Below are positions 36,597 to 45,928 of a stretch of DNA of 64,000 nucleotides, piece by piece. Position 1 is the stretch's first letter, and each line of letters begins with the position of its first letter. The stretch is from an uncultured Pirellulales bacterium (lineage in GTDB: Bacteria > Planctomycetota > Planctomycetia > Pirellulales > CAYNRE01): positions 402,252-466,251 of the forward strand of contig CAYNRE010000070.1 of the NCBI GenBank assembly GCA_964399535.1, read 5' to 3'. A model generated the notes under the pieces. The model saw only the letters and a list, made by a program, of their open reading frames with translations, had not been told where the DNA came from and did not search any database. A program made the translations under genes and the position numbers.

Positions 36597-37732
36597 GCCT
36601 TTCCCGCTGGCCCCGACTCGCCTGGCTGTTGGCCGCCATGGCGGGCATTTCCTGTCTGGCTGCTCTGGTGGCCGGCTACGCGCTGCTGGTCGCGGGCCGC
36701 CAATCTGCGGTGGCCACCGAAGCCGCCGCCCAGGCCGGCAGTTTGCCGCGCCGGGTACACGCCCTGGGGCGGCTGGAGCCGGCCGGCCGCATTCGCCAGG
36801 TAGGCCCCTCATCGGGCAGCGATTTCGCCCGCGTCGAAAAACTGCTCGTGACCGAGGGAGACAACGTCGAGGCGGGCGCCCTGCTGGCCCTGTTAGACCA
36901 TCACCCTCGCCGACAAGCCGCCCTGGCCGAGGCCCAGGCCAAGCTCGACGAAGCCCGCGCGCGGCTCGCCCAGATTCAGGCTGGCAGCAAGCAGGGTGAT
37001 ATCGAGGCCCAGCGCCAAGCAGTTGCTTTGCTCACCGCACAGCAAGACTACGCCGCCCGCGAATTGGCTCGGGCCAAGCAACTGCATGGCCGCCAGGTGC
37101 TGCCGGTGGAAGAGCTCGATCAGAAGCAGTGGGCCTGGGAAAAACTTTCGATCGAGAAGCGCCGAGCCGAGCAGACCTTGGCCAGCCTGGAAGAGGTGCG
37201 CCCGGTCGATCTGGAGGTCGGCCGCCAACAGGTAGCCGCCGCCCAGGCCAGCTTGGCCCGCGCCCAAGCCGAGCTCGAAGCCGCCGAGGTGCGCGCCCCA
37301 GTCGCCGGGCGCGTTCTGAAAATTCATACCTGGCCCGGCGAGCGGCTCGGCAACGACGGTTTGTTGGAAATGGGCGACGTGGCCCAAATGGAGGCCGTGG
37401 CCGAAGTATTCGAGGCCGACCTGGCCGGCCTGGCCTTGGGCCAGCGGGCCGAGTTAACGCTCGATTCCTCCGGCCAGGTGCTCACCGGCCAGATTAGCGA
37501 ACTGGGCCACCTGGTGGCCCGCAAGGCGATACTCTCCAACGACCCGGTAAGCGATACCGATGCCCGCGTGGTCGAAGTGCGCATCCGGCTCGATGCCGCG
37601 GGCGATTCGCAGGTAGCCCGCTTGTCGAACGCCCGGGTCGAGGTGACGATCGAGCTCGATGCCGGCTCGCCTCCACCGGAAAGCAGCGACCAACCGCCGG
37701 GCTCGCTGGCCGGCCGCCCGACCAGGCCCTGA
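36593..37732 (+). CDS. HlyD/DevB-family periplasmic adaptor for ABC exporter
   Basis: Single N-terminal TM, long coiled coil, and a C-terminal beta-domain (VRAPVAGRVLKIHTWPGERL). ATGA overlap with the TetR stop. Confidence 0.75.
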   Translation: MSLSRWPRLAWLLAAMAGISCLAALVAGYALLVAGRQSAVATEAAAQAGSLPRRVHALGRLEPAGRIRQVGPSSGSDFARVEKLLVTEGDNVEAGALLALLDHHPRRQAALAEAQAKLDEARARLAQIQAGSKQGDIEAQRQAVALLTAQQDYAARELARAKQLHGRQVLPVEELDQKQWAWEKLSIEKRRAEQTLASLEEVRPVDLEVGRQQVAAAQASLARAQAELEAAEVRAPVAGRVLKIHTWPGERLGNDGLLEMGDVAQMEAVAEVFEADLAGLALGQRAELTLDSSGQVLTGQISELGHLVARKAILSNDPVSDTDARVVEVRIRLDAAGDSQVARLSNARVEVTIELDAGSPPPESSDQPPGSLAGRPTRP

Positions 37733-37735
37733 TCC

Positions 37736-38890
37736 ATGCGCGGCAGCCTGACGATTGCCTGGCGGCAATTGAGCCATCAGCGAATGAAGCTGGCCGTGGC
37801 CGCGGCCGGCGTGGTGGTGGCCGTAATGCTGATGCTGGTGCAGCTTGGCATTCGCCAGGGAGCGCTGGATAGCTCGGTCGCCTTCGCCCAGCGCATCGAC
37901 TCCGACCTGGTCGTGGTCAGCCCCCGCACCCGCACCATCTTTCAGCCCACCCCCTTGCCACGGCGGCTGTTGTTTCGCCTGCCGGCACATCGCCAGGTTC
38001 AGGCGGTGGAAGAGGTATACATCAGCCAGGGGCGCTTCCGGAATCCCTACGATTTACAAGAGTACCCGGTCACCATTTACGGCCTCGACCCGCGGCGCAG
38101 CCTGTTACGGCTGCCGGGGCTGAGCGAGTTTGCCCGCCCGCTCGAACTGCCCGACCGGGGCATCCTCGACGGCTTGTGCCGAAACTCCTACAGCAAGGTA
38201 GTAGCCGACTTGGGCACGCGAAACCGCTTGCCAGTCGAGGTGAACCATCGCCGCATCGACCTCTTGGGCACCATTCGCGTGGGGGTGCCGATCAGCGTCG
38301 ACGGCGCGCTTTACACCACCAACAGCAACTTCTTGCGCATGTTTCCCGGCCGCCACGCCGGGGCGATCGACCTGGGCCTGGTGCAGCTGGCTCCCGGGGC
38401 CGATGCCGCCGCGGTGCGCGACGAGCTGCGCGGGCTCGTGGGGCGCGAAGCCCGGGTGCTAACCCGCCAAGAGCTGGTCGAGGCCGAGGTGCGCCATGTG
38501 CGCGTGACCGCGCCCATCGACTTTATCTTTGGCATGGGCGTGGTCGTGGGCTTCTTCATCGGTTTTGTCGTGGTCTACCAGATTCTGTACACCGAGGTGG
38601 TCAACCATCTGCCGCAATTCGCCACGCTCAAGGCCATGGGCTTTACCAACGGCTACCTGCTGCGCGTGGTGCTGGGCCAGGCCGCAATCTTGTCGATGCT
38701 GGGCTACTTTCCCGGGGCCATCCTGGCCATGGTGGTGTACCAGATCACCACCACCGCCATTCAAATGCCCGTGAGCATGACCGCCGGCCGGGCCCTGGGC
38801 GTGCTGTTTACCACCTTGGCCATGTGTGGGCTTTCGGCCATGGTGGCCGTGCGCAAGGCTCGAACCGCGGACCCCGCCGATGTCTTCTAA
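37736..38890 (+). CDS. ABC transporter permease, DevC/MacB (FtsX-like) family
   Basis: N-terminal TM, large periplasmic domain, and C-terminal 3-TM FtsX-like bundle (FIGFVVVYQILYTEVVNHLPQFATLKAMGF). Confidence 0.8.
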   Translation: MRGSLTIAWRQLSHQRMKLAVAAAGVVVAVMLMLVQLGIRQGALDSSVAFAQRIDSDLVVVSPRTRTIFQPTPLPRRLLFRLPAHRQVQAVEEVYISQGRFRNPYDLQEYPVTIYGLDPRRSLLRLPGLSEFARPLELPDRGILDGLCRNSYSKVVADLGTRNRLPVEVNHRRIDLLGTIRVGVPISVDGALYTTNSNFLRMFPGRHAGAIDLGLVQLAPGADAAAVRDELRGLVGREARVLTRQELVEAEVRHVRVTAPIDFIFGMGVVVGFFIGFVVVYQILYTEVVNHLPQFATLKAMGFTNGYLLRVVLGQAAILSMLGYFPGAILAMVVYQITTTAIQMPVSMTAGRALGVLFTTLAMCGLSAMVAVRKARTADPADVF

Positions 38891-39602
38891 CTGCCCCGCC
38901 CCCAGCGCCAGCCCCACCCGCCCCGCCGAACCCGTGGTTTCGGCCGAAGGAGTGAATTTCAGCTTCGGCACGGGCGAACTAGCCAAACAGATTCTCTTCG
39001 ATGTCTCGCTGGAGATCGCCCCGGGCGAAATCGTGCTGCTCACCGGGCCCAGCGGCAGCGGCAAGACCACGCTGCTCACCTTGATCGGCGCCCTGCGCCA
39101 TGTGCGCCAGGGGCGGTTGCGGGTGCTTTCACACCAGCTCGATCAGGCCGGCGCCGACGAACTGGTGGTGGTCCGCCGGCAGATTGGTTTTATCTTTCAG
39201 CAGCACAACCTGCTGCCGTTCCTCACGGCCCGGCAAAACGTGGAACTGATGTTCCAACTTCGCCCCGAGGCCCACGGCCAGGCCCGCGCCCGCACCGAGC
39301 AGCTACTGGCCAGCGTGGGGCTGGCGGACCGGCTCGATTACTACCCCGACAAGCTCTCGGGCGGGCAGCGTCAGCGGGTGGCCATTGCCCGAGCGCTGGC
39401 CCTTACGCCCGATTTGATTCTGGCCGATGAGCCCACGGCGGCGCTCGACAGCCAGTCGGGCCGCGACGTGGTGAACCTGCTGCAAGACCTGGCCCGGCGA
39501 CAGGGTAGCCCGATCTTGTTGGTCACCCACGACAGCCGGATTCTGGACATCGCCGACCGCATCATCCACATGGAAGACGGCCGCGTCTCTCAGGAGCGGT
39601 AG
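38880..39602 (+). CDS. ABC transporter ATP-binding protein (DevA/MacB-ATPase-like)
   Basis: Walker A GPSGSGKTT, signature LSGGQRQRVAIARAL, Walker B ILADEPTAALD. Overlaps the permease by 11 bp. Confidence 0.85.
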   Translation: MSSNCPAPSASPTRPAEPVVSAEGVNFSFGTGELAKQILFDVSLEIAPGEIVLLTGPSGSGKTTLLTLIGALRHVRQGRLRVLSHQLDQAGADELVVVRRQIGFIFQQHNLLPFLTARQNVELMFQLRPEAHGQARARTEQLLASVGLADRLDYYPDKLSGGQRQRVAIARALALTPDLILADEPTAALDSQSGRDVVNLLQDLARRQGSPILLVTHDSRILDIADRIIHMEDGRVSQER

Positions 39603-39786
39603 CGAGGGCGGCTCAAGATAGCAGAGACCAACGTCCACTGCCGGCTTGCCGCGCCTCTCTTCGCCCGCGGAAACCCATACTCCCCCACAAAAACGGGCGA
39701 GGAACCGGAATTCTCTTGCGTTTCACGATCACTTGCTATAAAGACCATCTTAGTCCGCACCACATCTTGCAGCAAAGGGGGCTCGA

Positions 39787-40131
39787 ATGCAGACGTCTAC
39801 TAAAACCGCCATGTTCATCGTCGCCATGCTTATGGTCGTCTCATCGCGCGCAGCGCACGCTGTTTGGACTGACGCACAAGGAATGCAGGTCGTCCCGATG
39901 GCAACTTCGGCTGGTTTAATTGGTGGAAAACCAAACTGTCCGAAGTTTACGCCAACCGACACTGCTGAGGTCTATTGTTGTTATGAAGGCCCCGAGAGCC
40001 AATGTGACGGGAGTTATAATTTCGAGTTTTACGATCACACCGACCCTGTAGGTGCCGCAAAAAAGGTAGTGCCATGTACCACGCTGACCACCTGTGGAAA
40101 ACCGAGTGCGACAGGTTGCAGCGGAAGTTAG
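39787..40131 (+). CDS. small secreted Cys-rich protein (7 Cys in ~90-aa mature part)
   Basis: Signal peptide MQTSTKTAMFIVAMLMVVSSRAAHA. Mature region contains NCP, YCCYEG, QCDG, PCTT, TCGK and GCSGS. Local GC is ~50%. Confidence 0.45.
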   Translation: MQTSTKTAMFIVAMLMVVSSRAAHAVWTDAQGMQVVPMATSAGLIGGKPNCPKFTPTDTAEVYCCYEGPESQCDGSYNFEFYDHTDPVGAAKKVVPCTTLTTCGKPSATGCSGS

Positions 40132-40218
40132 TTTAGGACTCGATCCATGGTGGTCGCCAAAAGCGCTCGTGGGATCGTGCGATGGTGCCTCCGGCCAAGC
40201 GCGACTTTACGCTTGGCC

Positions 40219-40953
40219 ATGGGCGAGAAGGTGAGCGCCACGAACGGGGTGTCTCTAAAGCGAGCAAGGTGCATTGCATTAAGTCTATGCGCAATCCTTG
40301 TGTTGAGCTGCCTTCGAGCCCATGCAAGCGATCAGACGGCGAACCTATCTGAAGTCGACCTTGAATCGCTTCGATCGGCCCAAGCAATTGATTCTTCCGA
40401 ATCATTGCCGCTTGCCGACGAACATGCGGCACGGAGGTTTCTCGCGAACCACCCGCTGCCGACTCGCGCGGTCCTGCCGGAATGTGGGCCGAATGCGCTA
40501 TTTTTTTTGCTGAATCTCTGTCAAGCGCCGGCAACTCTCGACCAAGTTCGATCCCTGGTCGAGCTCGGCCAGCACGGCGCAAGCCTGGAGGAACTCAGAC
40601 GAGTCGCGGTCCAGCTGGGGCTTGCGGTACGGGTCATGAAGTGCAGTCCCGTGGCACTTAGCGGGCGCGAACCGCTCATTGCCCTGCAGGGTGACCCATC
40701 ACCCGGTGGTGGTGGACATTACGTAGTCGTGCTCCGACGGGGTGATCAGGGGCGTGCAACCACCATCGATGGCACCACGGGAGAGCTCCGCCGACTACCG
40801 CCCGGGTCGTTCGACCGCGATTTCTCCGGTTTTGCACTAATCCCTGCCGATCATGGGCCGACGGCGCTTGAGTCTGGCTGGGTAACGATCGCCCTGATGG
40901 GCGTGGTCGTTGGGGAGTGTGCTCTGCTCATCCGATTTTGGCGGCGAGCATGA
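40219..40953 (+). CDS. secreted/membrane-anchored peptidase C39-like (papain-fold Cys protease) domain protein
   Basis: Signal peptide, then LPECGPNALFFLLNLCQ (catalytic Cys in a CGxxA context) and GGGHYVVVLRRGD (catalytic His of the C39/'HYVV' type), then a C-terminal TM WVTIALMGVVVGECALLI. Confidence 0.55.
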   Translation: MGEKVSATNGVSLKRARCIALSLCAILVLSCLRAHASDQTANLSEVDLESLRSAQAIDSSESLPLADEHAARRFLANHPLPTRAVLPECGPNALFFLLNLCQAPATLDQVRSLVELGQHGASLEELRRVAVQLGLAVRVMKCSPVALSGREPLIALQGDPSPGGGGHYVVVLRRGDQGRATTIDGTTGELRRLPPGSFDRDFSGFALIPADHGPTALESGWVTIALMGVVVGECALLIRFWRRA

Positions 40954-41041
40954 GCTCACACTTAAGCCCGCTATATCCGCTGCGAGTAGGTTCTGTCGCA
41001 CGGGGTTGCTGCCTGGAGCTGTTGTCGCATGAACTCCCGCT

Positions 41042-42394
41042 GTGATTTGCCCATCCCAAGCTACTGAGTTGCATCCCCGCTTTGACAAGTCTTCGCTCGC
41101 CGCATCATCAAAGCTGAAAGCCGTCCCTGTGCAACTTCATTCGTCGCGACTCTACTGGATCGTGCTGTTGGCACTTACCGGAGTTGCCGCAACCCCCTGG
41201 CTGCGCAGTACCGCCAATGCGCGACGTGATTCACTGAAGTCCTTCGATCCACGAGCCAACACAAGGCAAGCGGACTCGCGCTTAGACGAGGGCAATCGGC
41301 GCTCTCGATCGTACCGAAATGCCCCCTTGTCAATCGCGCCAAGGCCTGGTTTCGAGCGCTGCGTTGGTTCGGCGCAACTCGCTACCGTAGCCGGACGCGT
41401 TGTCCCGACCTGGGATACGTTGAAGATCGGCAGCCTGGTGCACGCCCTTCGAGTTTGGGGCGCCGACCCCGGTGTGCCTTGCCACGAAGGACTCGCCCCG
41501 TATCCCTCGGCGCTCCGCTTTTCGCCGATTGAATTATACGAAGTGCTGTTAGACCATCGCCAGTTCCGTGCTGTGTTTCCCGGGGAAGCTCCACTGCTCT
41601 GGAAGACCCCTTATGGCATCCGAGTTCGTGTATGGCCATCGTGGTCGGGAGATTTCGCAGGGCAATCTGGGCATATCGACGATCTACTGTCGGCGTGCGC
41701 AGAAATCGGACTTCCACTTTCTTCGCCCGTGAAGGCAGCCGATTGTGACGGCACGATTCTCGACCTGCTGCATGATTCGGTGCTGCGATTTCAATGGGAC
41801 CAAGAGTTGGAATGGACGCTCGATGCTTTCGCCCGATACCTACCACCGAACCGAACTTGGGTGAATCGGTTCGGCGAACGGTTTTCTTTTGACAAGTGTT
41901 GCCGCCGCTTACTGGAACAGCCGATTGGCCGTGGGGCATGTTACGGCACTCACACGCCTTACACCTTGGCGGTGGTGCTTGCCTGCGACGAACAAATTCG
42001 GATTCTTTCCGAAGAATGCCGAATGGCTGTGCAGCAGCGACTCGAACAGGTCGCAACGATGCTGCATAACTCCCAGCGACCAAACGGCGCTTGGGATTCC
42101 AGTTGGGCATCGGGGATGCGAGCGCAAAACTCGCACGAGGATTCTCAGTGGGTAGAATTGACGGTCACTGGACACATGCTCGAGTGGCTGGCCTACGCAC
42201 CAGCTTCTTGCTGTTTTACCCCTGATGACGTACGTCGCGCGGTGGAATACTTGCATCACCACATTCAATCATGTTCTGACCACGCGCAGTCGCTTTACTA
42301 TCTACCCCATTCCCACGCCGTTCGCGGCATGCTGCTCTTGTCTGGAAACTGCATGTCGCGCGTCGTGCCGCCTCCGCGTCAGGGAGAGAACTGA
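41042..42394 (+). CDS. N-terminally anchored hypothetical protein, possibly alpha/alpha-toroid (prenyltransferase/terpene-cyclase-like repeat)
   Basis: TM LYWIVLLALTGVAA. SQRPNGAWDSSW resembles a QxxDGxW toroid repeat. Several Cys/His clusters are present. The LanC motif order is not satisfied. Start is uncertain. Confidence 0.3.
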   Translation: MICPSQATELHPRFDKSSLAASSKLKAVPVQLHSSRLYWIVLLALTGVAATPWLRSTANARRDSLKSFDPRANTRQADSRLDEGNRRSRSYRNAPLSIAPRPGFERCVGSAQLATVAGRVVPTWDTLKIGSLVHALRVWGADPGVPCHEGLAPYPSALRFSPIELYEVLLDHRQFRAVFPGEAPLLWKTPYGIRVRVWPSWSGDFAGQSGHIDDLLSACAEIGLPLSSPVKAADCDGTILDLLHDSVLRFQWDQELEWTLDAFARYLPPNRTWVNRFGERFSFDKCCRRLLEQPIGRGACYGTHTPYTLAVVLACDEQIRILSEECRMAVQQRLEQVATMLHNSQRPNGAWDSSWASGMRAQNSHEDSQWVELTVTGHMLEWLAYAPASCCFTPDDVRRAVEYLHHHIQSCSDHAQSLYYLPHSHAVRGMLLLSGNCMSRVVPPPRQGEN

Positions 42395-42509
42395 TTGACT
42401 GCACCTGGCAAACTGTCTCAAGGGGGTGCCACAGGCGCACTCGTTGCGGAAACCGCCTTCCCCGCTCCATCGGGTAGGTTCGCCGATGACCCTTAGGCCG
42501 GAGCGATCC

Positions 42510-43688
42510 ATGCTCACCGCGCGACTCAACCGCCGCCCTACCCAAAGCGGCAACCGGCCGCGGTTCGCGCTTCGGGCGATTGCCGTTGCGCTTGTTGCGA
42601 GCACCCTCTCGAACTTGCAAGCCCAGGTGCCGGTCGGCGGTATCAAGGCTAGTTCCCTCGCCCCTGGCGGGATGAGCTGGCCCGAGGCCATCGAATCGGC
42701 TCCTCCGGATCTGCGTGAGCTCGCCGTTGCAATGCGGCAATCGCAGCAAGCGCTTCTGGAATGGCCGGAAGGTTTGTCGCTTAGCTATACGCTGCGAGTT
42801 GAACAAGACCCTCGATCCGGTCCCATGGCCTTTGAATCGGGAGTGGGAGAGATACGCGTCCGCTGGCCAAACCTCTATAGTCGATTCGGAGCATTGCTCC
42901 GCGCTTCCGACGGGTCGCTCGTCGATACGGTCCGAGAAGCAAGTCACGATTTTTCGCTTGGCTGCGGGACCGCGCTCGACACGGCCAAGCAAGGGTATCT
43001 GGTGCCCTACCGGCACGCCTGGTCGTGCCATTACCTGTTTCCCTTACGGCTGCTTTTCTGGCCCGTTTCCGAACAGCGATATCGATCCGAGCGATGCCTC
43101 GGGGGAGACTATTGGCTGCCCGACGCCCTGGTCGCCCGGGGAGCAGAATTCGCAATCGAAGGCCAGGAATCGGTCAACGGAATCGAGTGTCGCGTGGTTC
43201 GGCGAGGCCGCGCCGATGCGATTTGGGTAGCCACAGGACACGGAATGCTGGTTTGCCGCCGGGAACTTCGCTCGCCCGATACCGGCGCCCTCTGGGAAAC
43301 GCAGCTTGCCGAACAACTGCGTGAATGGGCCCCCGGCGTTTGGTTGCCGTCGCGGTTACAACAAACCGTGTACTCGCGCCAAGACGGCCGCCCGGTATAT
43401 GCCATAACCTGCCAGCTCGGCCAGGTCGTGGCGGGCCAAACCACCGTGGAACAAACCCAGCTTCGCATTCCACCGGGAACCCTGGAGGTTCAGGACCAGA
43501 TTCGCAATTTGGTCCTTCGCAATCCCGAAGGACCGGACCCAATCCTTGCCGCGCTGGGCGAGGCTCGCCAGGAACTGGCCAGCCGCCCCGCCGCGCGCCC
43601 CCCGTTGTTGACTTGGGCCCTGACCGGCCTGGCGGGGGCGCTCGGTCTTTTGATCGTGGTGTTGGCTTGGTTTCGCCGCGTGGGCTAA
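42510..43688 (+). CDS. secreted protein with C-terminal membrane anchor (hypothetical)
   Basis: Signal peptide MLTARLNRRPTQSGNRPRFALRAIAVALVAS. C-terminal LLTWALTGLAGALGLLIVVLAWFRRVG. No recognisable domain. Confidence 0.4.
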   Translation: MLTARLNRRPTQSGNRPRFALRAIAVALVASTLSNLQAQVPVGGIKASSLAPGGMSWPEAIESAPPDLRELAVAMRQSQQALLEWPEGLSLSYTLRVEQDPRSGPMAFESGVGEIRVRWPNLYSRFGALLRASDGSLVDTVREASHDFSLGCGTALDTAKQGYLVPYRHAWSCHYLFPLRLLFWPVSEQRYRSERCLGGDYWLPDALVARGAEFAIEGQESVNGIECRVVRRGRADAIWVATGHGMLVCRRELRSPDTGALWETQLAEQLREWAPGVWLPSRLQQTVYSRQDGRPVYAITCQLGQVVAGQTTVEQTQLRIPPGTLEVQDQIRNLVLRNPEGPDPILAALGEARQELASRPAARPPLLTWALTGLAGALGLLIVVLAWFRRVG

Positions 43689-43712
43689 CTTTGACAACTT
43701 GGAGAGCGCTGG

Positions 43713-45347
43713 ATGTTGCAGCGCGGTTTCGCAAGGCAAGCCTGGCTAGCCTACGCGGTCATCGTCGCGGGTGCCTGGGCGCTCGCCGAGGCTCTGCTTC
43801 CCCATGGCTGGAGCGGCTGGGCCTGGTTCGCACTGGCGCCGTTGGCAGCGCTGGTTCGAAGACCAATGCATCGATATCTCGACTATGCTTGCGCGTACGG
43901 CGCCGGCTGTTTGTTTCATTTGCGGGCACTCGACTGGGTTCGCACTTCCTATGCCCACGAAGGCTACTTCACCTCCTGGGCCCTTTGGTGGATCACGCTC
44001 GGCGGATTGCTGGCCCTGTTGTGGCCCACGGCGCTGGTTATCGCTCGACAATTGGCCCTCGCGCCGGTGTTGCCCTTAGCCCTCGTGTGGCCCGCGGCCT
44101 GGGGCCTGGCCGAATGGCTGCGCGACGCGATCTTCACCGCGAGTCTAGGCCAGCCCTATCCGTTAGTCCACCTGGGAATTACTCAGGTCGATCGCAGCGG
44201 CCTGGCACCGGCTGTGCAACTCGGCGGTGGTGAAATGGTGGTCGCGGTCTTGATGTTCGCCAACGGGGCGCTGGCCGATCTAGCTACGGTGAGTAGCCGC
44301 CGAGCACTCGGTAACCTCATGGTCGCGCCTGCCGCTTTCGGATTGGCCGTGTGGGCGATGGGAGCGGTAGCGTATCCATTGCCACAACCACTAACCGGTA
44401 CGGCCCTCGTGGCCCTAATCCACACCGATACGGTTTATCAGCTCGTTGCCACGCGCCATCGAGCGCTCGCCCACCAACTGGGCCTACCATTGGCTCCAAA
44501 ACCATGGCTCGCTCCGGACTGGTTTCAGGCAGCGAATCCCCCGTTGATCCTGACCACGGAGCGAGCCCTGCCTGGGTTGGTAGAGGTTCCCCTGGCTTCG
44601 GCAAGCAGGACCTCGCCGCCCCTGGTCGGGCGGACGAGCATCCCCGATTACAACCCCTGGCCGGCGCTTTGCCAGTTTGCGCAATGCCACCGCGCCACGC
44701 TGATGCTGGGCCTTACACGCAGGCTCGCTCGCCCCAACGCGGCAAGCGCCAACGCACTGGTTGGGATTTCGCCCGCTGGCGAGATTGGCCCGATTTACGA
44801 CAAGGCCTTCCTGGTACTGGGCACGGAACAGGATTATCCCTTGCTTCGTCGCTTGGGCAGACTGCCCGAGGTTCCCTTCACGCCTGGAACCCAGTGGCCG
44901 CGATTCGTCTGCGACGGGCGAGGGAAACGGCCGTTGTCGGTCGCGCCGCTGATTTGTTACGACGTGTGCTTTAGCCGGCCGTTCGACGCTCAAACCAACT
45001 CGCAACGATCCGACCACGCTGAGCCCGTCAGTTTTTGGATCGCCTCGGGCGATGAGACGGCCGACGATACCGGTCAGCTTGCCGACCGAATGCTCCGATT
45101 CACGCGGCTTCGCTCCATGGAATACCAAAGAGCCATTGTTCGGGCCGTTGCTGGCGGCTATTGCGGAGTCGCCTGGCCCGACGGTCGCTGGTCACCGGCG
45201 GCCGAGCCCCTTGCTTCCAAGCCGGCTTTGTGCCAAGTACCGAGCTTCGACGAATCGCCGGTGGGCCGACCACGCCGATGGCTGTCGCTGGCATTCTGCT
45301 GCGCGATCGCGCTCGCGGCGCTACTGGCCCGTTGGCAGGGCCGCTGA
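43713..45347 (+). CDS. apolipoprotein N-acyltransferase (Lnt)-like protein: polytopic N-domain + CN-hydrolase domain
   Basis: Multiple N-terminal TM helices. The C-terminal nitrilase-fold carries PLICYDVCFSRP (catalytic Cys, as in the ICYE motif of Lnt). No Glu/Lys triad was verified. Confidence 0.55.
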   Translation: MLQRGFARQAWLAYAVIVAGAWALAEALLPHGWSGWAWFALAPLAALVRRPMHRYLDYACAYGAGCLFHLRALDWVRTSYAHEGYFTSWALWWITLGGLLALLWPTALVIARQLALAPVLPLALVWPAAWGLAEWLRDAIFTASLGQPYPLVHLGITQVDRSGLAPAVQLGGGEMVVAVLMFANGALADLATVSSRRALGNLMVAPAAFGLAVWAMGAVAYPLPQPLTGTALVALIHTDTVYQLVATRHRALAHQLGLPLAPKPWLAPDWFQAANPPLILTTERALPGLVEVPLASASRTSPPLVGRTSIPDYNPWPALCQFAQCHRATLMLGLTRRLARPNAASANALVGISPAGEIGPIYDKAFLVLGTEQDYPLLRRLGRLPEVPFTPGTQWPRFVCDGRGKRPLSVAPLICYDVCFSRPFDAQTNSQRSDHAEPVSFWIASGDETADDTGQLADRMLRFTRLRSMEYQRAIVRAVAGGYCGVAWPDGRWSPAAEPLASKPALCQVPSFDESPVGRPRRWLSLAFCCAIALAALLARWQGR

Positions 45348-45423
45348 AGTACTCCGAAACGGCCATGGTTGAGCAGCCTGTTGAAGTATTCAACGGGCTG
45401 CGTCATCGCAGGGATTCGATGCC

Positions 45424-45449
45424 AGAATAACGACGTAAGTCGTTATTCT
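45424..45449. repeat. perfect palindrome AGAATAACGAC-GTAA-GTCGTTATTCT in AT-richer intergenic DNA
   Basis: 11-bp arms. A partial inverted copy (GTAAGTCGTTATT) recurs at about 51068-51094. Confidence 0.6.
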
Positions 45450-45673
45450 GCGAGCCGCGACGAGCTTTGCTCGGCGCTTGGCGCTTATTGAAATAGGCCA
45501 CGAGGGAATATTCCATCAGACTGTTAGCCCCTCGCCCCGGCCCCAGGGCGCGTAGGCTACACGGCACCAGACATGTGCGTTCCGCCGTCGCGTGAATATG
45601 CCGCCTGGCCGCTTTGTTGCGGAGGGTTTTAGGGCGAGCTATTATCGAACGTCGATGAGCGAAGTCACCGAAA

Positions 45674-45928
45674 TCATCGGCGCGATGGAAGACGGCGACC
45701 CCGTGGCGGCCGAGCGACCGAATTGCGGCGCTTGCCGCGGCGGGGGGCGGGCGAGCGCGGTGCCGAGCCAGGTGCGGGCGCACCCTCCAATTCGCCCCGA
45801 AGAATCCGATCGTCGCGCGGAGCATCAATGCCGATGCAAACCCGTTGACCGTCGACTCGAACGATGGTGACCTGAATCCGGTCCCCGATCTGAATGGTCT
45901 GACCTCCCTTGCGCGCCAATACCAGCAT
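45674..45928 (-). CDS. csrA: CsrA/RsmA-family carbon storage regulator paralog with extended basic C-tail
   Basis: MLVLARKGGQTIQIGDRIQVTIVRVDGQRVCIGIDAPRDDRILRGEL aligns with the CsrA consensus (MLILTRRVGETLMIGDEV.V.VLGV.G.QVRIGI.AP...I.REE). A ~35-aa Pro/Arg-rich tail is unusual. Confidence 0.6.
   Translation of the reverse strand: MLVLARKGGQTIQIGDRIQVTIVRVDGQRVCIGIDAPRDDRILRGELEGAPAPGSAPRSPAPRRGKRRNSVARPPRGRRLPSRR

Noticed and set aside
35871-36812. 313-aa ORF on minus strand
   Set aside because: Fully overlaps the well-supported TetR gene on the + strand. Composition-driven shadow ORF with no domain.
41042-42394. LanC-like lanthipeptide cyclase identity for the protein next to the C39 peptidase (CHEG and ACYG motifs)
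   Set aside because: Order and spacing of the candidate Zn-ligand motifs are reversed relative to LanC (GxxHG…WCxG…CHG). Only a generic toroid-repeat hint remains.
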